A program made the translations under genes and the position numbers. Source: Octopus vulgaris (lineage: Eukaryota). From it: a DNA stretch of 64,000 bases. Where the stretch lies: positions 31,248,001 through 31,312,000 of the forward strand of contig OX597823.1 of assembly GCA_951406725.2 (NCBI GenBank), read 5' to 3'. The notes below the pieces were generated by a model. It searched no databases and was not told the DNA's origin. It saw only the letters and a list, made by a program, of their open reading frames with translations. Position 1 is the first letter of the stretch. The number at the start of each line of letters is the position of its first letter. Below are positions 25,335 through 39,707 of the stretch, piece after piece.

Positions 25335-26115
25335 TTCTACTCTAAGCACAAGGCCGAAATTTTGGGGGACAGGACCTGTGGATCAGATCGACCGCAGTAC
25401 GCAACTGGTATTTAGTTTATCGACCCCGAGAGGATGAAAGGCGATGTTGACCTCGGTGGAATTTGAACTAGCGACGGGTGAAATATCGCTAAGCATTTCA
25501 TCCAGCGTGCTAACGATTCTGCCAGCCCGCCGCCTTGAGGCAAGCTGGCAGAAACGTTAGAACGTCGGGCGAAATGCTTAGCGGTATTTCATCTGCGTTA
25601 TGTTCTGAGTTCAAATTCCGCCGAGGTTGACTTTGCCTTTCATCCTTTCGGGGTCGATTGAATAAGTACCAGTTACGCACTGGGGTCGATGTAATCGACT
25701 TAATCCGTTTGTCTGTCCCTGTTTGTCCCTTGTGTGTTTAGCCCCTTGTGGGTAGTAAAGAAATAGGTATTTCGTCTGCCGCTACGTTCTGAGTTCAAAT
25801 TCCGCTGAGACCGACTTTGCCTTTCATCCTTTCGGGGTCAATTAAATAAGCACCAATTACGCACTGGGGTCGATATAATCGACTTAATCCGTTTGTCTGT
25901 CCCTGTTTGTCCCTTGTGTGTTTAGCCCCTTGTGGGTAGTAAAGAAATAGGTATTTCTTCTGTCTTTACGTTCTGAATTCAAATTTCGCCGAGGTCGACT
26001 TTGCCTTTCATCCTTTCGAGGTCGATGAATTAAGTACTGGTTGCTTACTGGGGTCGATCTAATTGACTAGCCCCCTCCCCAAAAATTACGGGGCTTGTAC
26101 CTAGAGTAGAAAATA
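25335..26115. mobile_element. SINE family A: minus monomer (25335-25536) head-to-head with a plus trimer (25538-26115)
   Basis: Three tandem GACTTTGCCTTTCATCCTTTCG bodies about 182 bp apart. Confidence 0.85.
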
Positions 26116-26540
26116 ATATTTTCATTGCATTGTTATTTTTGCATGTATATTTGTGGGTCAGACTTGATACCTAAGACTTGGGTATACTTCCACGAATACT
26201 TCACATCTTGCTAAAACATACTCCAACGATGCAAAATCTCTGCGTATAGGATGCCCATGTGTTAGGGTCATCAACTGGCGAATGGAAGTTGAGATTTTAA
26301 AATAGAATTAAATAAAATTAAAAAATAAACGAAGAACAAACAAAAACATACAATATAAAAATACCTTAACGTTGGAGTAAAAATTGGAAAATAAGAATTA
26401 AGATTTCTTTGAAAATGGATGTCATGTGCCACTCGGTTTAATTATTCTGAAACTAAGTTTTTAAAATTATTTTATTGATAACCCAATCTTGCAAATAGAT
26501 AAAATATACAAATCTTAGTCAAAAACTTAAAAACAAACTT

Positions 26541-26980
26541 ATAGGCGCAGGAGTGGCTGTGTGGTAAGTAGCTTGCTTACGAACCACATTGTTCCAGGTT
26601 CAGTCCCACTGCGTGGCATCTTGGGCAAGTGTCTTCTACTATAGCCTCGGGCCGACCAAAGCCTAGCGAATGGATTTGGTAGACAGAAACTGAAAAGGCC
26701 CGTCGTACTTGTGCATGTGTGTGTGTCTGTGTGTCTGTGTATGCTTGTGTGTGTGTGTGTGTTTGCGTGTGTGTGTGTGTGTGTGTTTGTTCCCCCAACA
26801 TCGCTTGACAACCGATGGTGGTGTGTTTACGCCCCGTAACATAGCAGTTCGGCAAAAGCGATCGATAGAATAAGTACTAGGCTTACAGAATAAGAATAAG
26901 TCCCAGGGTCGATTTGCTCGACTAAAGATGGTGCTCCAGCATGGTTGCAGTCAAATAGCTGAAACAAGTAAAAGAGTAAG
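26541..26980 (+). mobile_element. SINE family B, full length
   Basis: Matches 18980-19370, including the internal (TG)n. Confidence 0.85.
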
Positions 26981-26999
26981 TGCCAAAACTCAGATTTAT

Positions 27000-27254
27000 C
27001 AACGCCAATCATACGAAAATGTTGCATTAATTCCAGGATGTTTTGGCAACATATAGAAGGATCTCATTCTTTCGGAATGTCTTACAGATCCGAAGAATTC
27101 TAACATACACAAGGAAGTATGATTCAGAAAAAATCTCTGACAGGATTGGATATAATCTGGACCTAAGAACGAACACATTTGCAACAGATAACTTGATAGA
27201 AACAGGGAAAATATAAACAGAATGACAAACTAAGAGGATAACTTTTGTTTAATT

Positions 27255-27285
<31 letters not shown>

Positions 27286-27760
27286 TTTTTGATACAGTCG
27301 ACGGAATCTGCGACACCAAGTGATGCAAACTGAATGTGAGAAATCGAAGGTGATCAATATTTCAAACGAAGAACTTTCAATAGATCAAACCTATGTCCTC
27401 TCAAAAGACCCCCAAATTCAATCAAACACTGCAGTATACTACTAACTTCAATGAAACAAAAGACGATATATCTTCTCTGTTGAAAATCACGTCAAACAGA
27501 TGGATTGTTTGATAAGGAAAACAACGATGAATCAAATGGACGAAATAGCAACAATTTGTATGGAACAGAATATAGGAGAAAGCATTTGACAAACTTCGTG
27601 ATTTTATAACTATCTGTCGGTACCATAAGTGACCACATCCTAAATCTAAAAGGTAAGCCAATTCAAAGGAATGGGAGATTATCTATGGAAACAATAATGG
27701 CATCGTAATTAAAGCAGATAAGGAAAACGTTGTAGTCACTATTACAAAAAGATGCCTCGT
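27000..27760 (+). pseudogene. Decayed PLE N-terminal/RT fragment
   Basis: Remnant VLSK.PKFN near 27397 and IKADKENVVV near 27708 (PLE KADKG motif); frameshifted. Confidence 0.5.
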
Positions 27761-27929
27761 TCTTCCTACCACAAAGCGCCACCTATTGTGGAAAGGTAAA
27801 CAGTTCCCAAATTTCAAAAAGGCCAAAGAAACATAACTCTTTTATATGCCTGCACCGAAAACATTTATCAAATGCGACGACATAATAAACTTCGAATGCA
27901 AAACAGACATTTTCTACTGACATTATTTA

Positions 27930-28123
27930 TATTATTTACATTTGACGGATATTTGTCCTCATCTTGTATGTTATTAATACAACGTTTCGGCTGATATACT
28001 CTCCAGCCTTCAACATGTCTCTTGGACATATGGCGTAGTGGCTAATAGCGCGGGCTACTAACCCCAAGATTCCGAACTCGATTCCAGGCAGTGACCTGAA
28101 TAATAATACTAATGATGATAATG

Positions 28124-28207
<84 letters not shown>

Positions 28208-29108
28208 GGTGCATTAGGCATGATAAAAAAATATTCAGATAAATACATAACAAAAACACCAGGACTTACAAACACATATAACATACAGAAAATTGCACTA
28301 CTAGGCACTGCACACATCCTACGTAGAACACTTTCCATACAATAACCATCAGAGAATCACAACAAATCACAGCACATACCCAAGGCACACAGAGCTGCGC
28401 TCGGTAGTGAAGTGAAAGCACGCTATAAAAATAAAACTACTGAATAATAATAATAATAATAATAAGAGAAATTAAGGCCAACAGACCAGATATAGTTGTC
28501 AGAGACCATGAAGAAAAAAAATGCTTTCTAATTGATGTATCAGTACCGGCAGATGACAACGTGTCTCTAAAAGAAATGGAGAAACTCTCAAAATACAAAG
28601 ACCTGGAAATAGAGGTAACTAGAATGTGGAATCTGAAAACAGAAACAATTCCTATCATAGTAGGTGCATTAGGCATGATAAAAAAATATTCAGACAAATA
28701 CATAACAAAAACACCAGGACTTACAAACACATATAACATACAGAAAATTGCACTACTGGGCACTGCACACATCCTACGCAGAACACTTTCCATACAATAA
28801 CCATCAGAGCATCACAACAAATCACAGCACATACCCAAGGCACACAGAGCTGTGCTCGGTAGTGAAGTGAAAGCACGCTATAAAAATAAAAATAAAACTA
28901 CTGAATAATAATAATAATAATAATAATGATAATAATAATAATAATAATAATAATAGCAGCAACAACAACAATAACAACGACAACATCGAAAAATACCTGA
29001 GGAATGAGAACCCAGGTTCGAAATTTCCCCAAGAAACAAGATGAGGATAAATATCAGTTAAATGTAAATAATGTAAATAATTCCTCATCTTTTAAATATA
29101 GAACTGTA
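27930..29108 (+). mobile_element. tRNA-head/hammerhead-family unit with inverted 5' pLTR piece (27930-28023), interrupted by two R4/Dong fragments; hammerhead deleted from the plus tail
   Basis: Head GGACATATGGCGTAGTGG at 28024; tail CATCGAAAAATACC...AATGTAAATAAT at 28984-29108. Confidence 0.8.
28207..28902 (+). mobile_element. Two tandem 5'-truncated R4/Dong-like non-LTR retrotransposon 3' ends (28207-28441, 28465-28902) in (AAT)n
   Basis: RLE motifs NRPDIVV...CFLIDVSVP...EKLSKYKDL...IPIIVGALG...IQKIALLGTAHILR; near-identical 3' UTRs ending AAAACTACTG(AAT)n. Confidence 0.85.
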
Positions 29109-29942
29109 TTTTCTACTGACTCACAAAGACTGTAAAGATACCAAAAAACGAACACTCACACACACATACTGATTTCAAATTTTGGCACATGGCCAGCCAG
29201 TTCGGGAAAGGGAGTAAGATGACTACCAGTCTTCAACTGGTACTTATTTTATCGACCCCGAAACGATGAAAGTCAAAGTCGATCTCGGCGGAATTTGAGC
29301 CACGTAAGCATATATTTTGAAAAGCTTAAGAGATTCCACGGGAGTAAATTTATATTAAAAATCAAAACCAAACAGTGAGTAAGCAAGTATTTACATTTTT
29401 TAATGAAAATTTGGTACCGATTTCAATCGCTTTCAAAAAACCCGATGTAGGTATGCTGAAATAAAAGGGAAAATATTTTTAAATAAATAAGATAGAATTA
29501 ATAACTTAATAACTAGTGTTATCAGATCTGGAAGTTCAGGTGTTTCTCTTACAAAAACCATATGGGTTCTGGTGTTTCGTTTACCTTCTGATTGTTCAAC
29601 AATTCAACATTAAACCGAAGGATCAGTCAGTACGTTTTTTTAGTAGAGTACACATTAAACTTTTACACCGGAAAGGTTGACAGTGACTTCGATGTTTCCG
29701 TTTGTCACTCGTCACCAAACGGAATGAAAGTCTAAAACATGTGTCAGTCTTTTCCGTGTTAAAATTAACACACAAATACATGTAATAATGTGTATGTGTA
29801 TATATATATATATAAACATATATATGTAATATACAACAAAAGACGTGGGTGTATTTCTACGCAGGAAAAATATGGGCAAATTTGTTGTTGAGAATGCACC
29901 TAAATTTGAAAAACTTGTAATTGTTTAAAATAAATTTATTAC

Positions 29943-29980
<38 letters not shown>

Positions 29981-30021
29981 GCACACAGAAACACACACAC
30001 ACACACACACATACACACACA

Positions 30022-30078
<57 letters not shown>

Positions 30079-30539
30079 GTGTGTGTGTGTGTGTGTATAT
30101 ATACTCCCACACATATATATATATCCAAATTGAGTGAACGGAGCAGGTAAAATCCAGGTTACGTATGTTTCCAAGCTATTCTTAGCTAGCAGATCCTCGG
30201 AAGAAATAATTACTCAACAAGGGGTACATCGAAGATGCCTTAGTTAAATGAAGATTACATTATCGTTAAAGTACCACAATTTAACTCGTCGGAGATAGAC
30301 TTCAAAATTATAAATTAATATTAGTTAGCATATGGAGCCTGAATTTTACCTGTTCCATTCCATCAATTTGAATTTTTACTAGCATTTATCGAACTTCGAT
30401 AAGCCTAGAACCTTCCATGCCAATAGATTATTATTATTCCTGAAAGTTGCTTTTTATACCTACCACGGACTGCTCGAACCTTACTAAGTTCCTACTTTTA
30501 GATCTTTGGATCTTACAATTCCATATCAATACATATACT

Positions 30540-31110
30540 ACTTTCTACTGGAAGTACAAGGCCTCAAATTTGGGGGAAAGGATTAAATCGATTACATCCA
30601 CCCCAGTGTTTCACTTAATTTATCGACCCCGAAAGGATGAAAGGCAAAGTCGACCCCGGTGGAATTTGAACTCAGAACGTATCGACAAACAAAATACCTA
30701 TTTCTTTACTACCCACAAGGGGCTAAACAGAGAGGACAAACAAGGACAGACAAATGGATTAAGTCGATTATATCGACCCAGTGCGTAAATGGTACTTATT
30801 TAATCGACCCCGAAAGGATGAAAGGCAAAGTCGACCCCGGTGCAATTTGAACTCAGAACGTATCGACAAACAAAATACCTATTTCTTTACTACCCACATG
30901 GGGCCAAACACAGAGAGGACAAACAAGGACAGACAAATGGATTAAGTCGATTATATCGACCCAGTGCGTGACTGGTACTTATCTAATCGACCCCGAAAGG
31001 ATGAAAGGCAAAGTCGATCTCGGTGGAATTTGAACTCAAAACGTATCGACAACGAATTATCGTTAAGCACTTCGCCCGGCGTGCTAACGATTCTGCCTGC
31101 TCGCCACCTT
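30540..31110 (-). mobile_element. SINE family A trimer
   Basis: CGACCCCGAAAGGATGAAAGGCAAAGTCGA at about 30624, 30805 and 30988. Confidence 0.85.
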
Positions 31111-31489
31111 ATTATAGATATATATAATAGTAGCGACATACAACCCAAAATGTTGATGTATAATGCTTGTGTATATAGTTACGGAATTTCAACAGCTGGA
31201 TGTATATATGATATTTTTTTATTATATGACTCCTTATGCAGCAGTCTATAGAAACCAGTAATCTCACGCTACTATAAATTATAGACCTATACTGTAGATC
31301 TATAGTATGGTATAGTATACTAAAGATTTTATAGCATACCATACTATATTCTATACTACTCCATACTAGAAAACCACGCAATATGGCTGACACTACAGAT
31401 GCGATAAACTCGCAAATAATTTTGTTGCTATTTAGCAAAGTATTCAACACTTCATTGTGTTTTGTCATTTCTGCTTCTCTTTTACATAG

Positions 31490-31554
<65 letters not shown>

Positions 31555-31946
31555 TTAGTCTTATATCCATGTAAGGCTCAAAGATGTTTTTCTTTTATGA
31601 CAAACAGAAGTGTGCAACGGTTCGATCATCTTCCCCCCAAGGGGAATGGAGAAAGAGAGGACGACAAAGACAATAAGAAATTGTGAGAAATCATTATTCT
31701 ACTTCCGGTTTTGTTGTGTGAGTATTTATTATATTGATGTTGTCATTGCTGTTGTTATAGTTGCAGTTGTGGCTGCTTCTAATGTTGTTCTTAGTCGTGA
31801 TGGTGGTGGTGGTCGTCGTCGTGGTATATGCTGTTGCTGTTGTAGTTTATCCCATATATATATATATATATATGTATATGTATGTATGTATGCATATGTA
31901 TGTATGCATATGTATGTATATATATGTGTGTGTGTGTATATGTATG

Positions 31947-32009
<63 letters not shown>

Positions 32010-32039
32010 TACATATATATATATATATATATACATATT

Positions 32040-32096
<57 letters not shown>

Positions 32097-32168
32097 CATA
32101 CATGCATACATACATGCAAGTGGGCATTTAGCGAAGTGAGAAATTTGAAATCTTGTTTAAATCACACA

Positions 32169-32209
<41 letters not shown>

Positions 32210-32620
32210 AAATCACATACACGAAGGTAATGTGCATACAGAACGTCTCTCAACGACATGCGCGTGTGTGTGTGCACGCGCGCGTGTATATATGTGAACT
32301 AGAAAAGGAGACACAAGAACATACACACACCCATATTTGTACGCACATAGGAAATGCATACACCCATACGTACAGAGGTTAGTGTTTATATACATGTACA
32401 CACACACACACACACTCACTCACACAGTCATACTATGACGTGTAAACCATAAGTAATGTACATGCTATTGAAATTGAAGTAAAATGTGAAAACACAAAAA
32501 ATGCTGAACACGAAATTATATATGCGTGTGCATGTGTGTGTATGTGTGTGTGTGTATGTGTGTGTGTGTATGTGCGTGTATTGCTGTGTGTATGTACGTG
32601 TGTATATATATATATATAAA

Positions 32621-32708
<88 letters not shown>

Positions 32709-32753
32709 AAATTTAAACATATAAACATTTACATATACATCTATTGATATAAG

Positions 32754-32801
<48 letters not shown>

Positions 32802-33138
32802 TGTATGTATGTATATATGTATGTATGTATGTAGTAATGTTATTTAAATTTATGTTTGCTAAAGAACATTTTATAATTCTGATGGTGAAATGTAATTTCT
32901 TGTTGTTGACGGAACATATTTTTACTGTTATTTGCTGTTGTCGTTCTTCAAATCTCTTTGATCTTGTCTTAATAGACTTTCTGCCTTGGAACTTCGGTTG
33001 CATTCCACTCACGCACATACCTTTTAGAGTTTCAGCAGTTGACTACATACATGTAGCCATGCATACATATATACATGTGCCAATATATATATATGTACAC
33101 AGACAGACAGTGTCATGTACATCCATAAAAACACAGAC

Positions 33139-33258
<120 letters not shown>

Positions 33259-34087
33259 GGAGAGACTCTGTGTGTGATTGTGTGCGTATACACACATTTC
33301 GATGTATATGTATGTATTTATGTATGTATATATACATATATATATATAACAACGATCATCTAAAGAGATATATGCGTGCACATGTATAAATAAAACCGTA
33401 TACCTATTTACACACGCGATCAAATAACTATAGATGCAGATGACGAAATTTATAGTTTTATGGATTCCTTGTCATCTTCCATGATGACTGTTCTTGTTGT
33501 CCGACTAACCGAACTCTCTCGACATTATATCATTTTATATGTAGTTGAGTATTCCAAAGACACTTGAGCAGGTTACATAATCCTTGAACTGTTTTATCGC
33601 ACCACAGCGTGCAACAAGGCTGATCCTTTGAATCACATTTTCAGCACATGTCTCGACTCCAGTTTTAGTAGCATGGCTCGTGTTCCACCATGACTGCACA
33701 AAAAGATACTTGCCGAAGATTCAGACCAGAAATTTATGTCTATTATTTCTTGGGAGATATTCAATGACATAATTGCTTACAATGTCCAGCCTGACATACT
33801 GCTTGCTTTAAATGTAAGAAAGACAAATACATTTACAAGGCTTGTAGATCCTCAAAAGAACTAGTGAGTACACCTTTCTCTCTGAGACACTTGTATACTT
33901 TGTGTTAAAAAAAAATACTACATCATTGATTTGGTTGTTGCGGAACGTCTCTAAAATGGTTCCTTAACAAAGGTTGTTCTGAAAATGCTTTCCCTGAGTT
34001 TCCAACCATAGACTACAATGGTATTCTATAAACTGGCTTCAAGTAAATTCTTTAAGCTAATCAAGAATTATTATGAACTAGTTTCAG

Positions 34088-34340
34088 ATGAGGCTGTGTG
34101 GTAAGAAGTTTGCTTCGGGTTCAATCCTACTGCTTGACACCTTGGGGGAGTGTCTTCTACTGTAGCCTCGGGTCAACCAAGGCCTTGTGAGTGGACTGGT
34201 TGACGGAAACCGAAAGAAGCCTATCATGTTTGTGTGTGTGTTCGTACTCCACCACTGTTGGTGTGTTTTACGTCCCTGTAATCTAATGGTTCGGCAAAAG
34301 AGACCGATTGAATATGCACCAGGCTTAAAAGAAAGTAAGT
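34088..34340 (+). mobile_element. SINE family B, degenerate
   Basis: Similarity to 26541-26980. Confidence 0.7.
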
Positions 34341-35001
34341 CAGGTGTCTTGGGGGAAATTTCGAAGGGTAGACGAACATCGCAAACTGTGATACGAGAAG
34401 ATACTGATAAATCGGGTATAGCTGATCATGTATGGACAAATGGAGTCCACCTTCCCCTGTGGGATGAAGTTAAAATAATAGACAGAGAACACCACTGGAA
34501 AATATGAAAACTGAAAGAAGCAGCACATATACTAGGACACAACAACCTCCTAAGACCGGGTGCAGATATGAGTATTATATGGGAACCGGTATAAAGGAAG
34601 GAGAGGAAAATATTAGATCTATCTCTTATTATAAAAGGCAGATTTTATCTGCCTCCCTTTGTATCTTATAGAAATCTACAATATAGGATTTCTTCAATTA
34701 CAATCTACCTAGCATTTTTAAGAGTAGAATGCATCGGGTCGTGCCAGGTCCACTTTTTAAAATTTCAACCCCAATTAAGCAAAATTTAGAGAAAACTCAC
34801 ATTGTGGTGTATGAGTCAAATGCTTCTCTTAGTGTGGGATACAGCACACGCAAACGCACACACACAGTGGGCAACGAATAAAATGAAAGTAATTCACTTT
34901 CTGTAGTGAGTGACTCTTTCACTCTGCCTCCCACTTCCTCTTTACACACATAGACACGCAAATATATAAATAAAATTGTAAGCTAACGTGCGTGTGTGTG
35001 A

Positions 35002-35034
<33 letters not shown>

Positions 35035-35080
35035 TGAGGGTGCGTGTGTGTGTGTGTGCGTGTGCGTGAGTGTGTGACAG

Positions 35081-35590
35081 GAAAGTTTTTTACGACGAAT
35101 ATAAGACCTATATACAAGTAGCAGAAAGATCGACCAAAAGTGTATATAGATATTTAAATGTATTTATATATTCATCTATACACAGATGTATGTATAATGT
35201 GTGTGTATATATTTCCATAGAGGTAACCTTTCACTCCATACAAAGTTTTTTAGGACGAATATAAGATCTAAAGTATATACAAGTAGCAGAAAGATCGCCC
35301 AAAAGTGTATATAGATATTTAAATGTATTTATATATTCATCTATACACAGATGTATGTATAATGTGTGTGTATATATTTCTATAGACGTAACCATTCACT
35401 CCATACAAAGTTTTTTTGGACGAAAATAAGATCTAAAGTTATCTCTAAGAAACAGAAAGATCGCCCAAAAGTGTATATAGATATTTAAATGTATTTATAT
35501 ATTCATCTATACACACATGTATGTATAATGTGCGTGTATATATTTCCATAGAGGTAACCATTCAATCCATACAAAGTTTTTTAGGACGAA
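35081..35590. repeat. About 163-bp tandem repeat, three copies plus a partial, inside the Helitron
   Basis: AAAGTTTTTT.GGACGAA recurring at about 35082, 35242, 35407 and 35572. Confidence 0.85.
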
Positions 35591-35841
35591 AATATTTATA
35601 TATAAAAGAAAGGTTGTGTGTCTGTCTACTCCGATTTAGATTCCTAACTACTCCCATATTTTGCGATGCAGTTTAACCAAAACCGGGTATCTTATAGTCG
35701 TGATTCATATCGAGCCCTTCTGGGTATTAGCGCACGTCTACGATGAGTCGATGATTTTACAAATAATTTACCATCATTTTTTTCCATTTTAATGCATATT
35801 TTTTTTAATAAAGGGAAGTAACTCTCAAACTTCACACCAAT

Positions 35842-36363
35842 ATGCGTGCTCATATGCGACGTAATATCACATCAGCAGCATTTCCTCACACCCTCCTTGC
35901 ACTTGGCGAAGGCAAAATACCAGGGGATGAAAATGGTAATATTGCCATCGATTCCATTTGTACCATTGTTAAGACGCCTTCTGATCTCAGAGATGCAGTG
36001 TTCCCAGATCTACAAGCTAATTATCAGAATATGGATTGGATTGGCAAAAAGGCTATACTGGCCCCGAGGAATAAAACTGTTCACCATATTAATGATGAAA
36101 TGCTAAAACTCATTCCTGGGGAAGTCTATGTATATCAGTCTATCGATACAACTCCTGACCCAGAGGACGTCATCAACTATCCAATAGAGGTACTCAATTC
36201 CTTTGAGCAACCCGGACTACCACCACACTTTCTCAAACTTAAAGTTGGTGCCCCTATAATGCTCATCAGAAATTTGGTTCCCCCAAAACAATGCAATGGC
36301 ACACGTTTGATCGTTAAGTCCTTATCTCCCACCGTAAACTTATATCAATATTTGCCTGAATAA
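35842..36363 (+). pseudogene. PIF1-type helicase fragment of Helitron RepHel
   Basis: AILAPRN..V..IN and GLPPHFLKLKVGAPIMLIRNL.P...CNGTRL motifs; internal fragment only. Confidence 0.88.
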
Positions 36364-36521
36364 TCATCATAATTCAGTGCAATCATTAACAGTACTTTCA
36401 AGCAATTCAGCCCCGAGCAACGCCGGGCAATTCTGCTAGTAAGTCCTAAAATTCACTCCATAATTACCCACAGGCATATGGCGTAGTGGTTAAGAGCGCG
36501 GGCTATTAACCCCATGATTCC

Positions 36522-36617
<96 letters not shown>

Positions 36618-36625
36618 TGATGATG

Positions 36626-36676
<51 letters not shown>

Positions 36677-36756
36677 GTAATAATAATAATAATAATAATA
36701 ACAACAACTTCGAAAAATGCCTTAGGAATGAGAACCCAGGTTCGAAATTTCCCCAA

Positions 36757-36802
36757 GACACCTGATGAAGGCTGGAGCGTATATCAGCCGAAACGTTGTG
36801 TT
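36757..36802 (+). ncRNA. Intact minimal type I hammerhead ribozyme motif
   Basis: GACAC-CUGAUGA-A-GGCUG(GAGCGUAUAU)CAGCC-GAAAC-GUU^GUGUU; palindromic AACGUU stem III. Confidence 0.85.
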
Positions 36803-37564
36803 AACAACAAACAAGATGAGGGCAAATATCCGTCAAATGTAAATAATGTAAATAATGTTCATATTTTTTGTGTTTTAACCTTGTTACGCTCCATAATAAC
36901 TGTTCTCAAGCCATTGATTGCTGTTACAGCTTTCTCTCAGAGTAGGAACTGATTATTGATATGAAGCCTTATTGTTCCCGAGAGAAATCCATCAGGTCTA
37001 ATAAACAAACAAACTTGTATTACGACATTTATTATTAGAAACATTGAACTAAGTTTCTCTCCCAGAGAGGATTTGTTGAGGAGACACATCTGTAATATAT
37101 ATACGAATCAGAGTTCGATTATTGGAATCAAAGCCACAAATGCTCACATGTTTCCGCGATGATCAATTAGATACCATAGCCATTAGGTGCTAAAGCCTGT
37201 CAGAAGATATCACACAGATAAGGAAGGTCAGGGTGGAACATGACGAGATGCTCCAACTGACCACATCAAGATTCCTGACAATTAATTTGACTTCTCTAAT
37301 TCTTAAGATAATGCAATTAAACAACCAATCAATGAAACTAAAGATTATTCATTGATCTTTGGCCCATGCCCTCCAACTTAGAATAAAGGACCAGCTAAAG
37401 ATTATGGTTGCAATTATAAACACATTTTGAATATTGTTCTGATGATTTATTCGGTATAAAATATTGGTCGAAAATAATGACGGATGTAAGTGGTCTTGGA
37501 GGGGTGGAGGGGGAAGAGGAAGAGAAAGAATGTGATGATTTCATACCATTACGATAAGAGAAGA

Positions 37565-37977
37565 CGGCAGGCTAGCAGAGTTGTTAGTATGTTGGATAAA
37601 ATGCTTAACTGTATTTCTTCCTGTTCTTTACGTTCTGAGTTCAAATTCTGCCGAGGTCGACTTTGCCCCTCATCCATTCGAAGGTCGATAAAATAAGAAC
37701 CATTTGAGCACTAGGATCTTTATAATCGACTGCCCTCTATCCCATCAATTTGGTGGTGCTCAGCTATTATTTCAAACCATTATTTTTTTCTTTTTCTCTA
37801 GGCACAAGGCCCGAAATTTGGGGGAAGGGGGCCAGTCAATTAGATCGAACCCAGTACGCAACTAGTACTTAATTTAAAGTCGACCTCGGCGGAATTTGAA
37901 CTCAGAACATAAAGATAAACGAAGTACCGCTAAGCATTTCGCCCGGCGTGCTAACGTTTCTGCCATCTCGCCGCCTT
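37565..37977. mobile_element. Two SINE family A copies, tail-to-tail
   Basis: Plus copy about 37565-37745, minus copy about 37790-37977. Confidence 0.75.
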
Positions 37978-38059
37978 GATTTGAAACCATTATGATAAGA
38001 GACATGGTTAATTGTACACGAGATACTAAAGCTGCTGCTGCTGTTGCTGCTGGTTGTTA

Positions 38060-38094
<35 letters not shown>

Positions 38095-38242
38095 TGGTTG
38101 TTACCTGCTGCTACTGCTGCTTCTGCCACTGCTGACCCATCTTCTCCTGCTTCAATAAATACCTTATAACCTATTATCACTTTCATTTCTGAAGCTGTGG
38201 TATGCTGCCAGAAGTTGTGGAGTGATCCTGTAATTCACTTAC

Positions 38243-38308
38243 CATGAGGCTTGGTAGGTTTGTTTGGCCCAGGGCGAAAGCCTAACAGGCAGAAGACTCC
38301 GTGTCCAG
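38243..38308 (-). other. Candidate 66-bp internal exon
   Basis: tttcactatag|CTGG...CATG|gtaagt; length divisible by 3, open in two frames. Confidence 0.3.
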
Positions 38309-39502
38309 CTATAGTGAAATAGAGCTTGTGAATAGTTGTCGCAAAACAGCTTGTTCAATGCAGCAGCTTAACACCAAAAAACTGCAACGGTGCCCCAGCA
38401 TGGCCATAGCTCGCAGACTGAAATAGGTAAAACTAAAGGAGAAAACAATTTCAGCGAATTAAAACCAGGGTTATTCTTGATCGTACACAATATAAGGAGA
38501 GAATGTAATGTGTCCTGCCCTTATATAAGATGAATTGGTGGGTTCTGAGGGGGAGTTGCTAATAATTTCTTGGTGGTGCGACTATTATAGGATCGTTCAT
38601 TGGAGCATTGTTATGGGTTTTAGTGAAGAAGCCTTTATTCACAGCGTAGCAGGGGGCTTTATAAAATACTTAACAGAACCAATCTCGTTGCAAAGTGTAT
38701 CTTGGACGGCGCCAAATTTACCAATCCGGAACTGATAAGATCTGAACAGTTTTGTTCCTTTTTTCATTTATGGCTCTTTCTAATTATTAGAGAAACACAT
38801 GAGGTGGGGCGGAGTTTCAATGCCGCAGTCAACTGTTACATGTTCCGCCTTGATATATTCCATCTTTTTCCTTTTTCTTCCATTTTCTCTTTTACTTCCT
38901 GTCCGCCTACACTGATTTGAAAACAACGCACAATATTATTTCCTTTTTTCTTTCTCTTTTTTCTTTTTCTTCCTGTTCGCCTGCATTGATCTGAAGATAA
39001 CGCACAATACTATCTCTTTCAATTTTCTTATCTTGTGTCTATATATCTATCTCTATGTAAGTTGCAGTAATTCACAAGCACCACCTATAGATTCAACAGA
39101 AACCTTTTGATTGGTGTAGAATGGTAAATATCCCTAAGTTAAACGTCGATACAACCAAAAGAAAAAAAACATTAAATCAAAGTACCCGAGTAATAATGAA
39201 CCCCTTTAAGATCAAGAGATATTATAAATATTATTTACTAATATCCTATGGATGAGAGAATGTTGTCACAAACACGTGTTATGCAGAAACGTATGTAGCA
39301 ATGCATTAATAAAATGTATAAAGTTCCATTCAAACAGTTTCTGGTTATTAATATTTTTATCATATGCTATACGGTGTGCCGCATACAAAACCATTCCATG
39401 CGATTACTCTGGAGGATGCGAATAATAAGCGGTAGCCAGCAATAAGTTGCATAGAAGCTTTTAAGAGCGTACTCGGTGGCGTTTGCCGTACGCAAATTAA
39501 AA

Positions 39503-39573
<71 letters not shown>

Positions 39574-39707
39574 AAATATGGGGGGTTAGTTCACAGGTGA
39601 TCTAAGCGATTATGTACGCTAGGTAAGTGCTTTAACGGATTACTAGACCTCCAAGGTTATAGCCAAGACGGTAGTTATGGAGTCATTGTAGAGTTTCGAT
39701 ATGGTGG

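Larger units (their letters stand above)
34622..36439 (+). mobile_element. Non-autonomous Helitron
   Basis: 5' TC, 3' CTAG, GC hairpin at 36410-36428, A|T insertion site without TSD, helicase remnant inside. Confidence 0.88.
34340..36860 (+). mobile_element. 5'-truncated PLE (GIY-YIG C-terminus plus tRNA/hammerhead 3' cassette) split by a Helitron
   Basis: RVDEHRK..DKSGIADHVW..WDEVKIIDREHHWKI*KLKEAAHILG at 34365-34620; resumes at 36440 and aligns with the uninterrupted copy at 3105-3577. Confidence 0.8.
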
